The translations under genes were made by a program, and so were the position numbers. Below, one piece after another: positions 1 to 9,585 of a stretch of 64,000 nucleotides of DNA. Origin of the DNA: Mantamonas sphyraenae STR306 (taxonomy: Eukaryota; Protista; CRuMs); NCBI GenBank assembly GCA_026936335.1, contig JAPMXV010000032.1, positions 248,001 through 312,000 on the forward strand, written 5' to 3'. Within the stretch, counting starts at the first letter, position 1. Each line of letters opens with the position of its first letter. The notes under the pieces are model-generated. The model saw only the letters and a list, made by a program, of their open reading frames with translations, was not told the origin of the DNA and did no database searches.

Positions 1-1
1 C

Positions 2-2275
2 CTTCTGGTGGACAACATGGGCCGTGCGCCCTCCATGCTGAACAGCATGGGTGCGGTTCAGGTGACCCCGTCGGAAAACAAGATCCTCAACGCGATGAAG
101 ACGTACATCATGAGCGCGTGCCACGCGTACCACAACAAGTGGAATAACCAGGGCGGTGGAAGCAGCAGTGGTGGGGGCAGTGGCAACGGAGACGACGACA
201 CGGGGCCGCTGTCGGCCAACCTGCGTGTGCAGGGTCTGGTTGCAAACAGGGTGCTTGTGATCCGCAGCACGCTGCAGCGGCCACATGACTACTTCTTGGG
301 CGACCACTTCAACACCAGTTGCCTGTTCAAGCAAAAGTGGCTGGATCTGTTTGCCGACAACGGTGTGCACATCGACACGGAGCAGCTGACAGACCGCTTC
401 TTTGCACCACACTCGGCCTCGCTGGGCCGTACTGCGTATTATCCCGAGGGCATCAAGTGGGACACATCTGCATCGGACGGGGTGGGCGCGGTGGTTGTGA
501 GCAGCCTGGCGATGCTGAACGATGTGGACGACGGCGGCGACGAGCCAGGCAGTCCACTGTCGGTGAGCTCCTCCACAGGATCCATCGACGAAGAGACGGA
601 CAGGCGAGTAGCACGACGCAAAACAATGAGCAAGCGCAAGACAATGCGCAAGACAGCAAGCGAGTCGGCCAAGCATGGCAAAGGCAGCCTGGGTGCACGT
701 GTGCGTGACGCCTCGCTGTCGTACCACCCTGCGTCTGCGTCGCTGCGTCCATTGTCGCTGGACGTGCGTGCGCTTGTGCTGGGTAAGCCCGTACGAGACT
801 CTGTGACGGGGTCGAATCTGCTCAACTGGCGTCCAAAGGGCAATCTTGTGGCGCACCTGTCGGAGCACAGAGCCAAAATCAACTGCGTGGCGGTGGCGCC
901 GGACAACGTGTTCTTTGCCAGCGGGTCGGACGATGGCACAGTGCGCATTTGGGATGTGGAACGGCTGGGCCACAACGCAACGAACCGATCGCGCGGGATG
1001 TACTCTGCCCAGGGCGACCGCATCACGTGCATGACCTTTCTCAAGGGCTCACACTCGCTGGCGTGTGGTTCTTCCAACGGCACCGTGCTGGTACTGTACA
1101 TTCCGGTGTACCTGACAACGTCGATCACGCGCTACGAGGCGCCGCGTGTCGTGACGCGCGTGGATCTGGACGAGGGAGCCATCACACACATGGTGCACTA
1201 CATCGACCCGGGCTCCATGGAGTCGTTGCTGTTGTTTAGCACGGCCGAGGGCAACGTGCACGCGTACGACCTGTATATGGATCGACAGGCATGGGTGCTG
1301 CGCAGCGGCACCAAGTACGGAGCAATCACAAGCATTGATGCATCTTCGGACGGCGTGCTGCTGGTGGCAGGCACCTCACGTGGTTGTTTGCTCGTGTGGG
1401 ATCTGCGTTTCAGGCTGTTGGTGGATGTGTGGTACCTGCCCAAGATGGGGCACGTGTTCAGTGTTCGTTTCAACCGCTCGACCATCCGCCAGAGCAACGT
1501 GCCGCTGGTGTACGTGTGTGCAGGCGAAAACATGGTTTTGGTCTTTGATGTGGACGAGGGCAGGTGCCTGCAGGTGTTCTCTGTGAATCAGGGGGTGGAC
1601 ACAAACAGCCACGCAGCAGACATGCTCGTGGACAACGACTTTGTGTCCTTGCTGTCCGCCAAAAGCAAGAGCCGTGACGCGGTCGGAGTCGGAGTCGACG
1701 ACAAAAAGCAGGAGCTGGAAGACATCCTGAGCCAAGTGGAAACAGAGATGCAACCGTGCACACACTCGATGCGCTGCATGCTGTCACCATCCCAGTCGCC
1801 CTACATCATCACCGCAGGCACAGACCGCCAGATCCGCTATTGGGATCTCACCAACGGTGCGTCGTCGTTCATTGTGGCTGGAGACATGTGCGACGAGATC
1901 AACTGGGAGGCGGAGGTGGCCAGCGCAAGCAGCAGCAGTAGCAGCGCATCGTCAGCTTCCAACTCGGAGCAGCAAAGCTCGAGTTCGCTGTCCATGCGTG
2001 CCTCCCACGACGACGACGTGGCCATGTACAATGCGCCGAAGAAGTACTCGACGCAGCAGATGTTGGGCGGGACCATGCTGTACTCGGAGACGCTGGACAG
2101 CAAGATGCTGGAGCTGGGCTTCAAGCACAAGTATGTGCCTGGCAAACTGGTGGACCAGCCCCTCCTCAAGAGCATCCACCACAACGACGTCATCACATGC
2201 ATGGACCTGCTGGAGCAGCCGATCCAAATGATCATTTCCGGCGGGCGCGACGGCACCATCCGCGTGTATTCGTAA
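2..2275 (+). CDS. VPS15: VPS15/PIK3R4 PI3K regulatory subunit, C-terminal WD40 region (5'-partial)
   Basis: Frame is open from the window edge. Motifs NWRPKGNLVAHLSEH, FFASGSDDGTVRIWD, AGTDRQIRYWDL and terminal HHNDVIT...SGGRDGTIRVY match the Vps15 WD40 propeller. TAA stop. Confidence 0.9.
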   Translation, partial: LLVDNMGRAPSMLNSMGAVQVTPSENKILNAMKTYIMSACHAYHNKWNNQGGGSSSGGGSGNGDDDTGPLSANLRVQGLVANRVLVIRSTLQRPHDYFLGDHFNTSCLFKQKWLDLFADNGVHIDTEQLTDRFFAPHSASLGRTAYYPEGIKWDTSASDGVGAVVVSSLAMLNDVDDGGDEPGSPLSVSSSTGSIDEETDRRVARRKTMSKRKTMRKTASESAKHGKGSLGARVRDASLSYHPASASLRPLSLDVRALVLGKPVRDSVTGSNLLNWRPKGNLVAHLSEHRAKINCVAVAPDNVFFASGSDDGTVRIWDVERLGHNATNRSRGMYSAQGDRITCMTFLKGSHSLACGSSNGTVLVLYIPVYLTTSITRYEAPRVVTRVDLDEGAITHMVHYIDPGSMESLLLFSTAEGNVHAYDLYMDRQAWVLRSGTKYGAITSIDASSDGVLLVAGTSRGCLLVWDLRFRLLVDVWYLPKMGHVFSVRFNRSTIRQSNVPLVYVCAGENMVLVFDVDEGRCLQVFSVNQGVDTNSHAADMLVDNDFVSLLSAKSKSRDAVGVGVDDKKQELEDILSQVETEMQPCTHSMRCMLSPSQSPYIITAGTDRQIRYWDLTNGASSFIVAGDMCDEINWEAEVASASSSSSSASSASNSEQQSSSSLSMRASHDDDVAMYNAPKKYSTQQMLGGTMLYSETLDSKMLELGFKHKYVPGKLVDQPLLKSIHHNDVITCMDLLEQPIQMIISGGRDGTIRVYS

Positions 2276-2368
2276 CAATTAAAGAACTGAAAGGGTTGTT
2301 GAAGCAGGCAATATGATGCTGTTTTGTATTGACAGTGAGAGCGCGGTGCGGCGCGGCAACGACCGACG

Positions 2369-2827
2369 CTAATGGGCTCGCCTGTGCAGCATAGCGTTGA
2401 CCTTTTGAAAAATCAGCTTGTCGTCGTCAGAGGTTCCCTCGTAGAGAATGTAGATGGGCATGACATCCGGTACAGAGGCCATCTTGAGGCCAAAGACACG
2501 CTTTTGGGCGTGACCAAATGAGCCGTCGCCAGCAAAAACGTACAAGTCGTCCTGGACGACGCCCGTCTCGGAATTGGTCCAGCTCCAGTGTGTGAGCTCC
2601 TGGTCAACCTATATCCGGAGCAAATGTGCGAGATGGCAGGGTGTGAGAACGGAAGCTGGTCGTGGCAGGGGCAGGGGAAAGTAGGCAGGCGGCGCGCCCA
2701 AACGCACAATTACGACCGAGACCGAACCGCGCAGCATCACGGGTTGCTCGATGTCCATGTCCACCTTGCCTGCAGGAAAGGTGAACATGGTGGGGTCGGA
2801 AAAGTCGAGCCCCTCGATGCTGCTCAT
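2369..2827 (-). CDS. Rpn13/ADRM1-like stand-alone Pru domain protein (119 aa, 2 exons)
   Basis: Exon 1 is 2827-2708, intron 2707-2609 (GTGCGT...TAG), exon 2 is 2608-2369. The spliced product FPAGKVDMD...RGSVSV...LTHWSWTNSETGVVQDDLYVFAGDGSF...RVFGLKM...FQKVNAML parallels the Pru motifs FRAGKM, LIHFCW, VEDDLIIFP, RVYVLKF and KVNEYL. Exon 2 is not in the ORF track. Confidence 0.75.
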
Positions 2828-2888
2828 GAAACAGGGATGTGGTGCGTGTGCGAGCGGGGGACCACGGCAACCCGAATCTTTGCGGAGA

Positions 2889-3920
2889 ATGCACGTGGAC
2901 AGAAAGGATGCAATTGCAGTTGTTTTTCTGACCCTGTCGTACACGTTGCATCCAGTGTTGGTGGAGTGGAGCAAAGTGGGACACAAGATCCTCTACAGCA
3001 CGGTCATGGTTAACTTGATGATGCAGGTTGTCAAGACGATCGTGGGCGGTCTGGTGGTCTCGGTGAGGAAGGCAATGGGCCATGAGCTCAACTTGCCGTC
3101 ACGTGCAGAGTGCCTGCAACTGGCGCCGCCTGGCTTTGTCTATGCGGTTGGAAACAACATCAGCTACCTCGCCCTCAGGATGCTCTCTCCAGCCAGTTTC
3201 AGGATCATCACGAACCTGCGATTGGTCACTGTTGCTTTGCTTGCGTATTTTTGGCTGAAGCAGAGGGTGAACATGACGCAATGGGCAGCCATCATCAACG
3301 TGTCGGTTGGAGTTGCCCTCGCTCGCTTGACCTCCTCCAGCACGCCGGAAAAGGACGTGCCCCTCGAGAGCTCGGGGTCTCACTTTGTTCTTGCCCTGGT
3401 GATTATCTGCATCAGCATTCTGCCCGCTGTGTCTGCAATCATGGCCGAACTCGTCTACAAAAAGGAGGGCAAGCTCGACACCCTGTCGCAGATCACCGTG
3501 CTGAGTGTTTGGGAACTTGTGTTCAACGGCCTGGGCATTTTGGTGTGGCAACACCGTCTGCTGTTTGCGGGCGACATCTTTTCGGGCTTCTCCGGCAAGG
3601 TGTGGGTGGTGATTGCGAACCACAGCATCCAGGGGCTGGCCGCTGGATTCGTCATCAAAAACCTGAACAACATTTACAAGAGCCTTGCCACGGCGTTGTC
3701 TGTTATTTTGACCACGGTCATTACGCACTTGGCATTTTCCTACAAGCTCGGGGCGCCGTTCTACTTGTGCGCGATTGTCGTCGCCGGAAACGCGCTTCTG
3801 TACGCTCTACACGAAGACTGGGAGCGTGTTGCAGACGGTGGCGCATACACGCGTGTGCATGAGGAGGACGCGGATGCAGCCATCCCGGAGGAGGTTGTGT
3901 TGGGGACGAAAACGGAGTGA
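2889..3920 (+). CDS. Nucleotide-sugar transporter, SLC35A family
   Basis: Multi-TM protein with PGFVYAVGNN, SPASFRIITNLRLVTVAL and GFVIKNLNNIYK. Start placed at ATG 2889 because the upstream part of the ORF overlaps the Pru gene. Confidence 0.85.
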   Translation: MHVDRKDAIAVVFLTLSYTLHPVLVEWSKVGHKILYSTVMVNLMMQVVKTIVGGLVVSVRKAMGHELNLPSRAECLQLAPPGFVYAVGNNISYLALRMLSPASFRIITNLRLVTVALLAYFWLKQRVNMTQWAAIINVSVGVALARLTSSSTPEKDVPLESSGSHFVLALVIICISILPAVSAIMAELVYKKEGKLDTLSQITVLSVWELVFNGLGILVWQHRLLFAGDIFSGFSGKVWVVIANHSIQGLAAGFVIKNLNNIYKSLATALSVILTTVITHLAFSYKLGAPFYLCAIVVAGNALLYALHEDWERVADGGAYTRVHEEDADAAIPEEVVLGTKTE

Positions 3921-4167
3921 CGTGCGTCTGTTGAGACGGCAGCGCTCCAGGCGTCCAGACGAATCGAGGTTGGAGGACCACGTGCATTTGGAATGGTTTT
4001 TCACCAAAATTAATGGAATGACTGTGTTCATATGGTACTAATCTTTTCGTTGTTTGTTTCCGACAGGACATCAAGCAACCTCTGAGAGAGGTCTGCAACA
4101 AAACCCAGGCGCAAACTTGGTCCGTTCGCTGACAAAAAAAAAAGCTCACCTTTTCGCCTTCCGCTGG

Positions 4168-5082
4168 TCACACTGTCCACTGTCCACCGTTGGCCTCCAG
4201 CCACTCCCAGGATTTCTGAAGCCCTTCAGCCAGACTTGTGGATGGCTTCCAGCCGAGACTCTGGAGCCGCTGGGAGGCGATCTGCTCTTCGTAGATTTGC
4301 CCGGCGCGATCCGCGACAAAGCTCACTTTGGATTCCACTCCCACAACCTCCTGACACAACTCTGCGACCTTGAGCACATCAAAAGACTCTTCTGTGCTGA
4401 TGTTGAACACACGATGTTCAAGATCATCCCATTTCTCCAGCAGAGTCACCAATCCACTCACGACGTCGCTGACATAGGTGTACGTTCGTGTCTGCTTGCC
4501 ATCTCCGTGCACCTCCAGCTCTTTGCCCTCGGACAAACGCTGGAGAAAAACGGCGGGGCACAGGGCACCGCGCATGGCAGGGCCGTAGAACGTCGCAAGT
4601 CGAGCGACGACGTGATCTGGCCTCGCCAGAACGTGACGCTCACTGTCCGCTTTGCTCAACGCATACGGCTCTGTGGGGCGAAGAGGTGCCATCTCGTCCG
4701 ATGGGTGCGTTTCGTTGTTGCCGTAGCAACAGCACGTGGATGCAAACAGCACGGGGGCACCGACAGCTTCTGCTGCATCCAACACGTTCAGGGTCCCGAG
4801 CACATTGATCTCCCTTGCCTTTGACAGATGTTTGGCAAAAATGTTGAGATCAGCAACGGCAGCCAAGTGAACGACGTAGTGTGGTTTGAAGCTTCCAAAG
4901 GCCTTTGTGAGGCCATCCAGATCGAGGATGTCGTGCCCAGTGGACAGATCCAAACTCAAAACTTCGTACCTGTTCACGTACGACCCTTCCACGAGTTCAT
5001 TGCACAGGTGCTTGCCTAGGAATCCATCTCCGCCGGTGACCACAACGCGAACGACGTCGTCCTGCTGCGGGCTGCTCGTCAT
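4168..5082 (-). CDS. NAD-dependent sugar-nucleotide epimerase/dehydratase (extended SDR)
   Basis: VTGGDGFLG Rossmann motif, VVHLAAV, NVLGT, catalytic YALSK, GDGKQTRTYTYVSD. Intronless. Confidence 0.9.
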   Translation of the reverse strand: MTSSPQQDDVVRVVVTGGDGFLGKHLCNELVEGSYVNRYEVLSLDLSTGHDILDLDGLTKAFGSFKPHYVVHLAAVADLNIFAKHLSKAREINVLGTLNVLDAAEAVGAPVLFASTCCCYGNNETHPSDEMAPLRPTEPYALSKADSERHVLARPDHVVARLATFYGPAMRGALCPAVFLQRLSEGKELEVHGDGKQTRTYTYVSDVVSGLVTLLEKWDDLEHRVFNISTEESFDVLKVAELCQEVVGVESKVSFVADRAGQIYEEQIASQRLQSLGWKPSTSLAEGLQKSWEWLEANGGQWTV

Positions 5083-5138
5083 TTCGAAAGTACTGCCTGC
5101 GCCGGCGCTGCAAAGACAAGTTCCATCCACACCACCCA

Positions 5139-7795
5139 ATGGCCGGACGTAAGCACAACACTGGGCTCACGTCGTTGTCATCGCTGACCGACGTTGGCAA
5201 CGACTCACAGGTTGTGTGCTGCTGTGGCGTGCGCATCAACCGCAGCGCGGCGTGGTGCCTGCTGGCCCTGCTTGCCGTGTCTGCAGGTGTGGCCATCGTC
5301 GTGTCCATTGCTCGCATCAACTACGCCATCATCCTCGAAAGGCGTACTCCGAACCCAGAGTACCCCACGGGCATGCAGTACGGCATCTGGTGGTACGGAA
5401 AGGACAACGCGATGCAAAAGTGGGAACCGGGTGTGCCCAACAAGTTCTTCAGCGCCAACCGCACAAAGACCCTTCTGTACATGCACGGCTGGGCCCCACA
5501 GCACGCCCAGGTCCAGTTCCTTGAAACCTTCAACTACAAGATGAACGACGAACTTTACGGCGTCGACGTCAACACTGCCAATGCCTGGATAGACGATGGA
5601 TGGAATGTCGGTACGTTCTGTTCCGGCGTAGACTGCGCTGGTGGTTCCCCACACCCAACGCTTCCCATGCCTCTTTGCCTCCACGCTGCATGTGCACGCA
5701 GTTCCCGTTTGACTATTGCATCCCCACCCTTGCGTGTACTTCACGCGCCATTCCGAGTCGCCAGCACCATCCACGCTGACCCAACCCACCCCACCCTATC
5801 ACAGGCATTTTCTATTGGGTTTGCTTTGCCGACGAACCCCAAGTGGACGACGCGGAGGCAAAGATCTGGACCACTGGGTGAGTTTTCGAGCAGGAGCTCC
5901 GTACCCTCCCACACCCACGCTGACCCATCGCACGGCCCCTCCGCGCCTCTGTTGCAATCTCACCCCCCACAGAGGCAACAAGGGCATGCGCTGGCGTGAC
6001 GAAAAGGGCACCTTTCACACAGCAGGGGCGCCAAACGCAACCATGGGACAACTGGCTGCCTCTGTGTGGGCCGACGCCCTAGCTCCGTATGTGGGACGGT
6101 ACAATCGGTCCGATCTTCGCTTGCGCGTGGCTGGTCATTCGCTGGGCAACCAGCTTGCTGTGAGCACGCTGCAGCAGTTGCATCAACGCGCTGACAACGG
6201 CCTCGTTGCACACGAGCTCCTGCCCGACCGCATGGTCCTCCTCGACCCATACTACTCCCTGGGCTCCAAATCTTATCTGTCCGGAGGCACGGTGGCAGCA
6301 CACGTAACGCAGATCGTGCAGAACACGCTGCTGAAGGACACTGTGATCGAGCTCCTCAAAACCTCCGTTGTTTCCCAGCCGCCCTACGGCGACAGCAACA
6401 TACCGCTCAAGAAGATGGCGATGTACATGGAACGTGATGCCACGTACATCAACGAGCTGGCCATATCCAGCAAGCACCAGAGCGCCCCGAACCTGTACTT
6501 TTGGTCCTACAACTTTAGCAGCGTGGTCCAAATCGACCAGAACGGCAACCTGATGAACATGCAGGGTCCATCAGCACACACCCCCAACGCTGTCGTTGAG
6601 GTGCGCATGCAGTCAGACATGCGCTGGGTACAGGTGGACGGCCTCGGCACACCCAACCCGGGCGACGATGGCTTCCAACAGTGGAACCACGACCACATCC
6701 GTCTCGACGACACCCTGTACGCACACCTGGCGTTTACTTTTCTCTGCACCGCTGCCCTTGTGGTCATGCTCCTGCTTGTCGTCGAGGGCGTCGGCTTCCA
6801 TCGCATGGCCAACTGTATCACCCCCATGGTCATGTGCTTTGTTGCCCTCGCCGCCCTCCTCCTGGGCAACCTGTTTTATCTGCGTCAGAACGTCCTCACT
6901 TTTCTCGTCGTCCTCTACGCCCTCCTCAACGCCTGTGCCCTCTGGAAGCTCGACCGCTACGGACGTCCCTCCCCGTACATCCACCTGCTGCCTCCACGCT
7001 TCCCTGTCGTCTACCAAACAGGCTCCAACACTTCGGCCGAGGTGTCCACCCTCATCTCCACAAACGTCTACGTCTTCTGGATCTGCCAGCTCGTGCTCCC
7101 GTTTGCCCTCCTTCTCCCCATGACCTACCTCGCCTCTGCCCCGTTCAACAGACCCATTCAGGGCACAGATTATAGCTCCTGGGCTGTCATGGTTGCATCC
7201 CTCGTCCTCATCCTCGTCGCCGCCGTTCAGCGCTACGAGTTTGAACGGGAAACGCAACGTCGACCCTCGGGCGTGTTTAGCCAGGAAGACTCCTCTTACG
7301 CAGCCCTTCACAACGACGAAGTGCATCACGACGGCCCATACAGCGACGGTACAGATGCTCCCGAGACCCTCCTCTTTGAGCACGGCGTTTGGCGCTACAG
7401 TCGCCACCCAGACCTGCTTGGCGAGCTCATGTTCTGGTGGGCTGGCCTTTGCATGTGCCATGCAGGTGTATACTCCCGGCGCAGGCGCATACAACTACAC
7501 CAGTATCGTGGGGCCCATTCTCCTCACCCTTCTCGTCCTCTTCTACACAATCCCCACTCGCGAACTGGCCACCACCGTCCTCACATCGGACAAGATCAAA
7601 CTGGGCATCTGGCACACCAGCACTCCCCTCCTTCTGCCCATGCCCGGTGCGCTCCACCGCTGGCTCGACGACGCCTGGTTCAACTTCCGCCGCTGGATCA
7701 CCATGCGCTTTGTCGCCTCCTTCCTCACCCTCATCCTCCTCGCCATGACCATAACAGGTGTGGTTCTCACCATGCAACAGAGTGGCGTGATGTGA
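5139..7795 (+). CDS. Membrane-anchored alpha/beta-hydrolase fused to DUF1295 (steroid-5-alpha-reductase-like) multi-TM domain
   Basis: Introns 5611-5804 and 5878-5972. N-terminal TM, then HGW, GHSLG nucleophile elbow and LLDPY. C-terminal GVWRYSRHPDLLGELMFWW...SIVGPILLTLL. Needs a +1 correction near 7466-7484. Confidence 0.75.
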
Positions 7796-7886
7796 GGGAG
7801 CCGGCTGAACCGCAACATGGGTTGATGTAAATGAAGGTGGATTGAAAGCGTTGAAACCATTGCCTCTTTTCTGTGTGCATTCTCTC

Positions 7887-9456
7887 TCACCACTCAAACT
7901 GCGAAAAGTCAATGTTGGCCACGCGCATGAACGCGCTCTTGGCATACTTCTTGCTGACGGCCTTCATGCTGCTCTTGGGCGCCTTGAGAACAAGCTCGCG
8001 CATGTCCGAGGCACACTCGAGCAGATCCTCCTCGGTGTAGCGCGAGTGGTATTGCAGGGTCTGGTTCCACGTCTTGCGCGGGTGCACAATGCGCATGGTC
8101 AGGTAGACGGCGGCCGCGGCAATTTTGGACGGCTTGTGCACAAGCATCTTGGAGTAGGGCAGTGCAAGCTCCACAAAGTAGTTGCACATGTGCGTGGCCT
8201 CCTCGTCAAGGGCAGCCACATGTGTGATGCGCTTGGAAAAGTTCAGGTGCGTCGCCACGGTCAAGTTAAAGTCCAGCGACGCAAGCATCAGCTTCTCCAT
8301 CTCCAGGATCTCGTGCTTGGTGTATGCGTTGTCGCAGATGTACACAAAGTCGTTGACCTCGGGCGCGTAGATCTCTTCGTACTTGCTGGCGATGAACATG
8401 GCCGTGACGCCGACCAGCTGCAGCTTCGAGCGCACCACCTGCTTCAGGCACAGGAAACGGTCGATGTAGTTGATGGTCAGGTACAGCGTCTCCGGCACCA
8501 GCTTGAACTTGAGGTGCACCTCAATCAGCCAGTCCACCAGGATGGCGCGCATCTTTTCGTTGATGTCCACCTGCTCCTCCATGTACTTGGCGTTCGGCAG
8601 GTAGGCAATCTCGTTGCGACGCATGTAGTCGTGGATCTCCTCCAGGTATGCGGTTGCACACTGCGGGTCCTCCACATCGTTGCCGTCCACGTCCTCCACA
8701 CGCAGCTTGGAGAAGTAGGAGTTGAATGCGTCCTGCTGCGCCTGGATTTCCTTGGCCTGTTCGCGGCCTGGGTTCACCGTTGTGCTCAGCTTCGCCGTGC
8801 TGCTTGCGCCGCTGCTGCTGCTGCTGCTCTTGGACGACTTTGTGCTCTTCTTCTTGACCTGCGTCTGCTTGGAGCTCTTGCCCACGGCATACTTGGTCGA
8901 CGCGCTGCTGCTGCTGCTGCCGGCCTTGAACCCGCCCTTGGAGCTGGCTCCCGACGCATAGCTGCGGTTGTTGCTCACATCGCCCAGCACGTTGCGGCTG
9001 GACGTGGAAATGGACGTGGAGGACTTGCTGGCGTATCCCGACGCAGTCGAGTTGCTCTTGCGAGACGGGCCGCCGCCAAACTTGGCCTGCGAGTTTTCGT
9101 CGTTGACGGACGACGACACCGAGTTTCCGCGCTTGCGCATGGCAGCGGGGGCAAAAGGCTGCTCCGTGACACCACACACCAATCACAAATCGATGTTAGC
9201 ACGCATTCAACGGGTGCGCTGTCCTCATCCACCCTCCAATGCTTCGTAGGGCAGGCTGCGGCGCCACTCCGCGCGACTTTTAAACGGGAACTTGATCGTT
9301 GAAAAGCGCGCGCAAGAGGGCTACCGCCTCCCAGCACCGTCCACACAGCTGTACACGCTCAGCCAGCCTCGGCGCAGCGTGCACACACGTGCAAACATGC
9401 ACGTTGGCTTCCTCGATGCCTCGACATCCTTCACCTACCTTGAGAAATTGCGACAT
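7887..9456 (-). CDS. CYCB: Mitotic cyclin B
   Basis: D-box RNVLGDVSN; cyclin box MRAILVDWLIEVH and LQLVG...IASKYEE. An 18-nt first exon (MSQFLK, 9456-9439) is inferred from donor GTAGGT, branch GCTAAC and an in-frame CAG acceptor (intron 9438-9159). Confidence 0.92.
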
Positions 9457-9585
9457 GGTTGTTTTTTGGGTGTGTTTTGCGTTTTCAAACGATGCGAGAC
9501 GTGTTCCGTGTGATGGGTGACGTTGCCAGTGCAGTGATGATGATGTGCTTAGTGTGCGGTGGTGGATGGGAGAGAAAAGTCGTTG

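Noticed and set aside
2751-2888. N-terminal extension of the SLC35A ORF
   Set aside because: It overlaps exon 1 of the Pru gene on the opposite strand and shows no transporter similarity.
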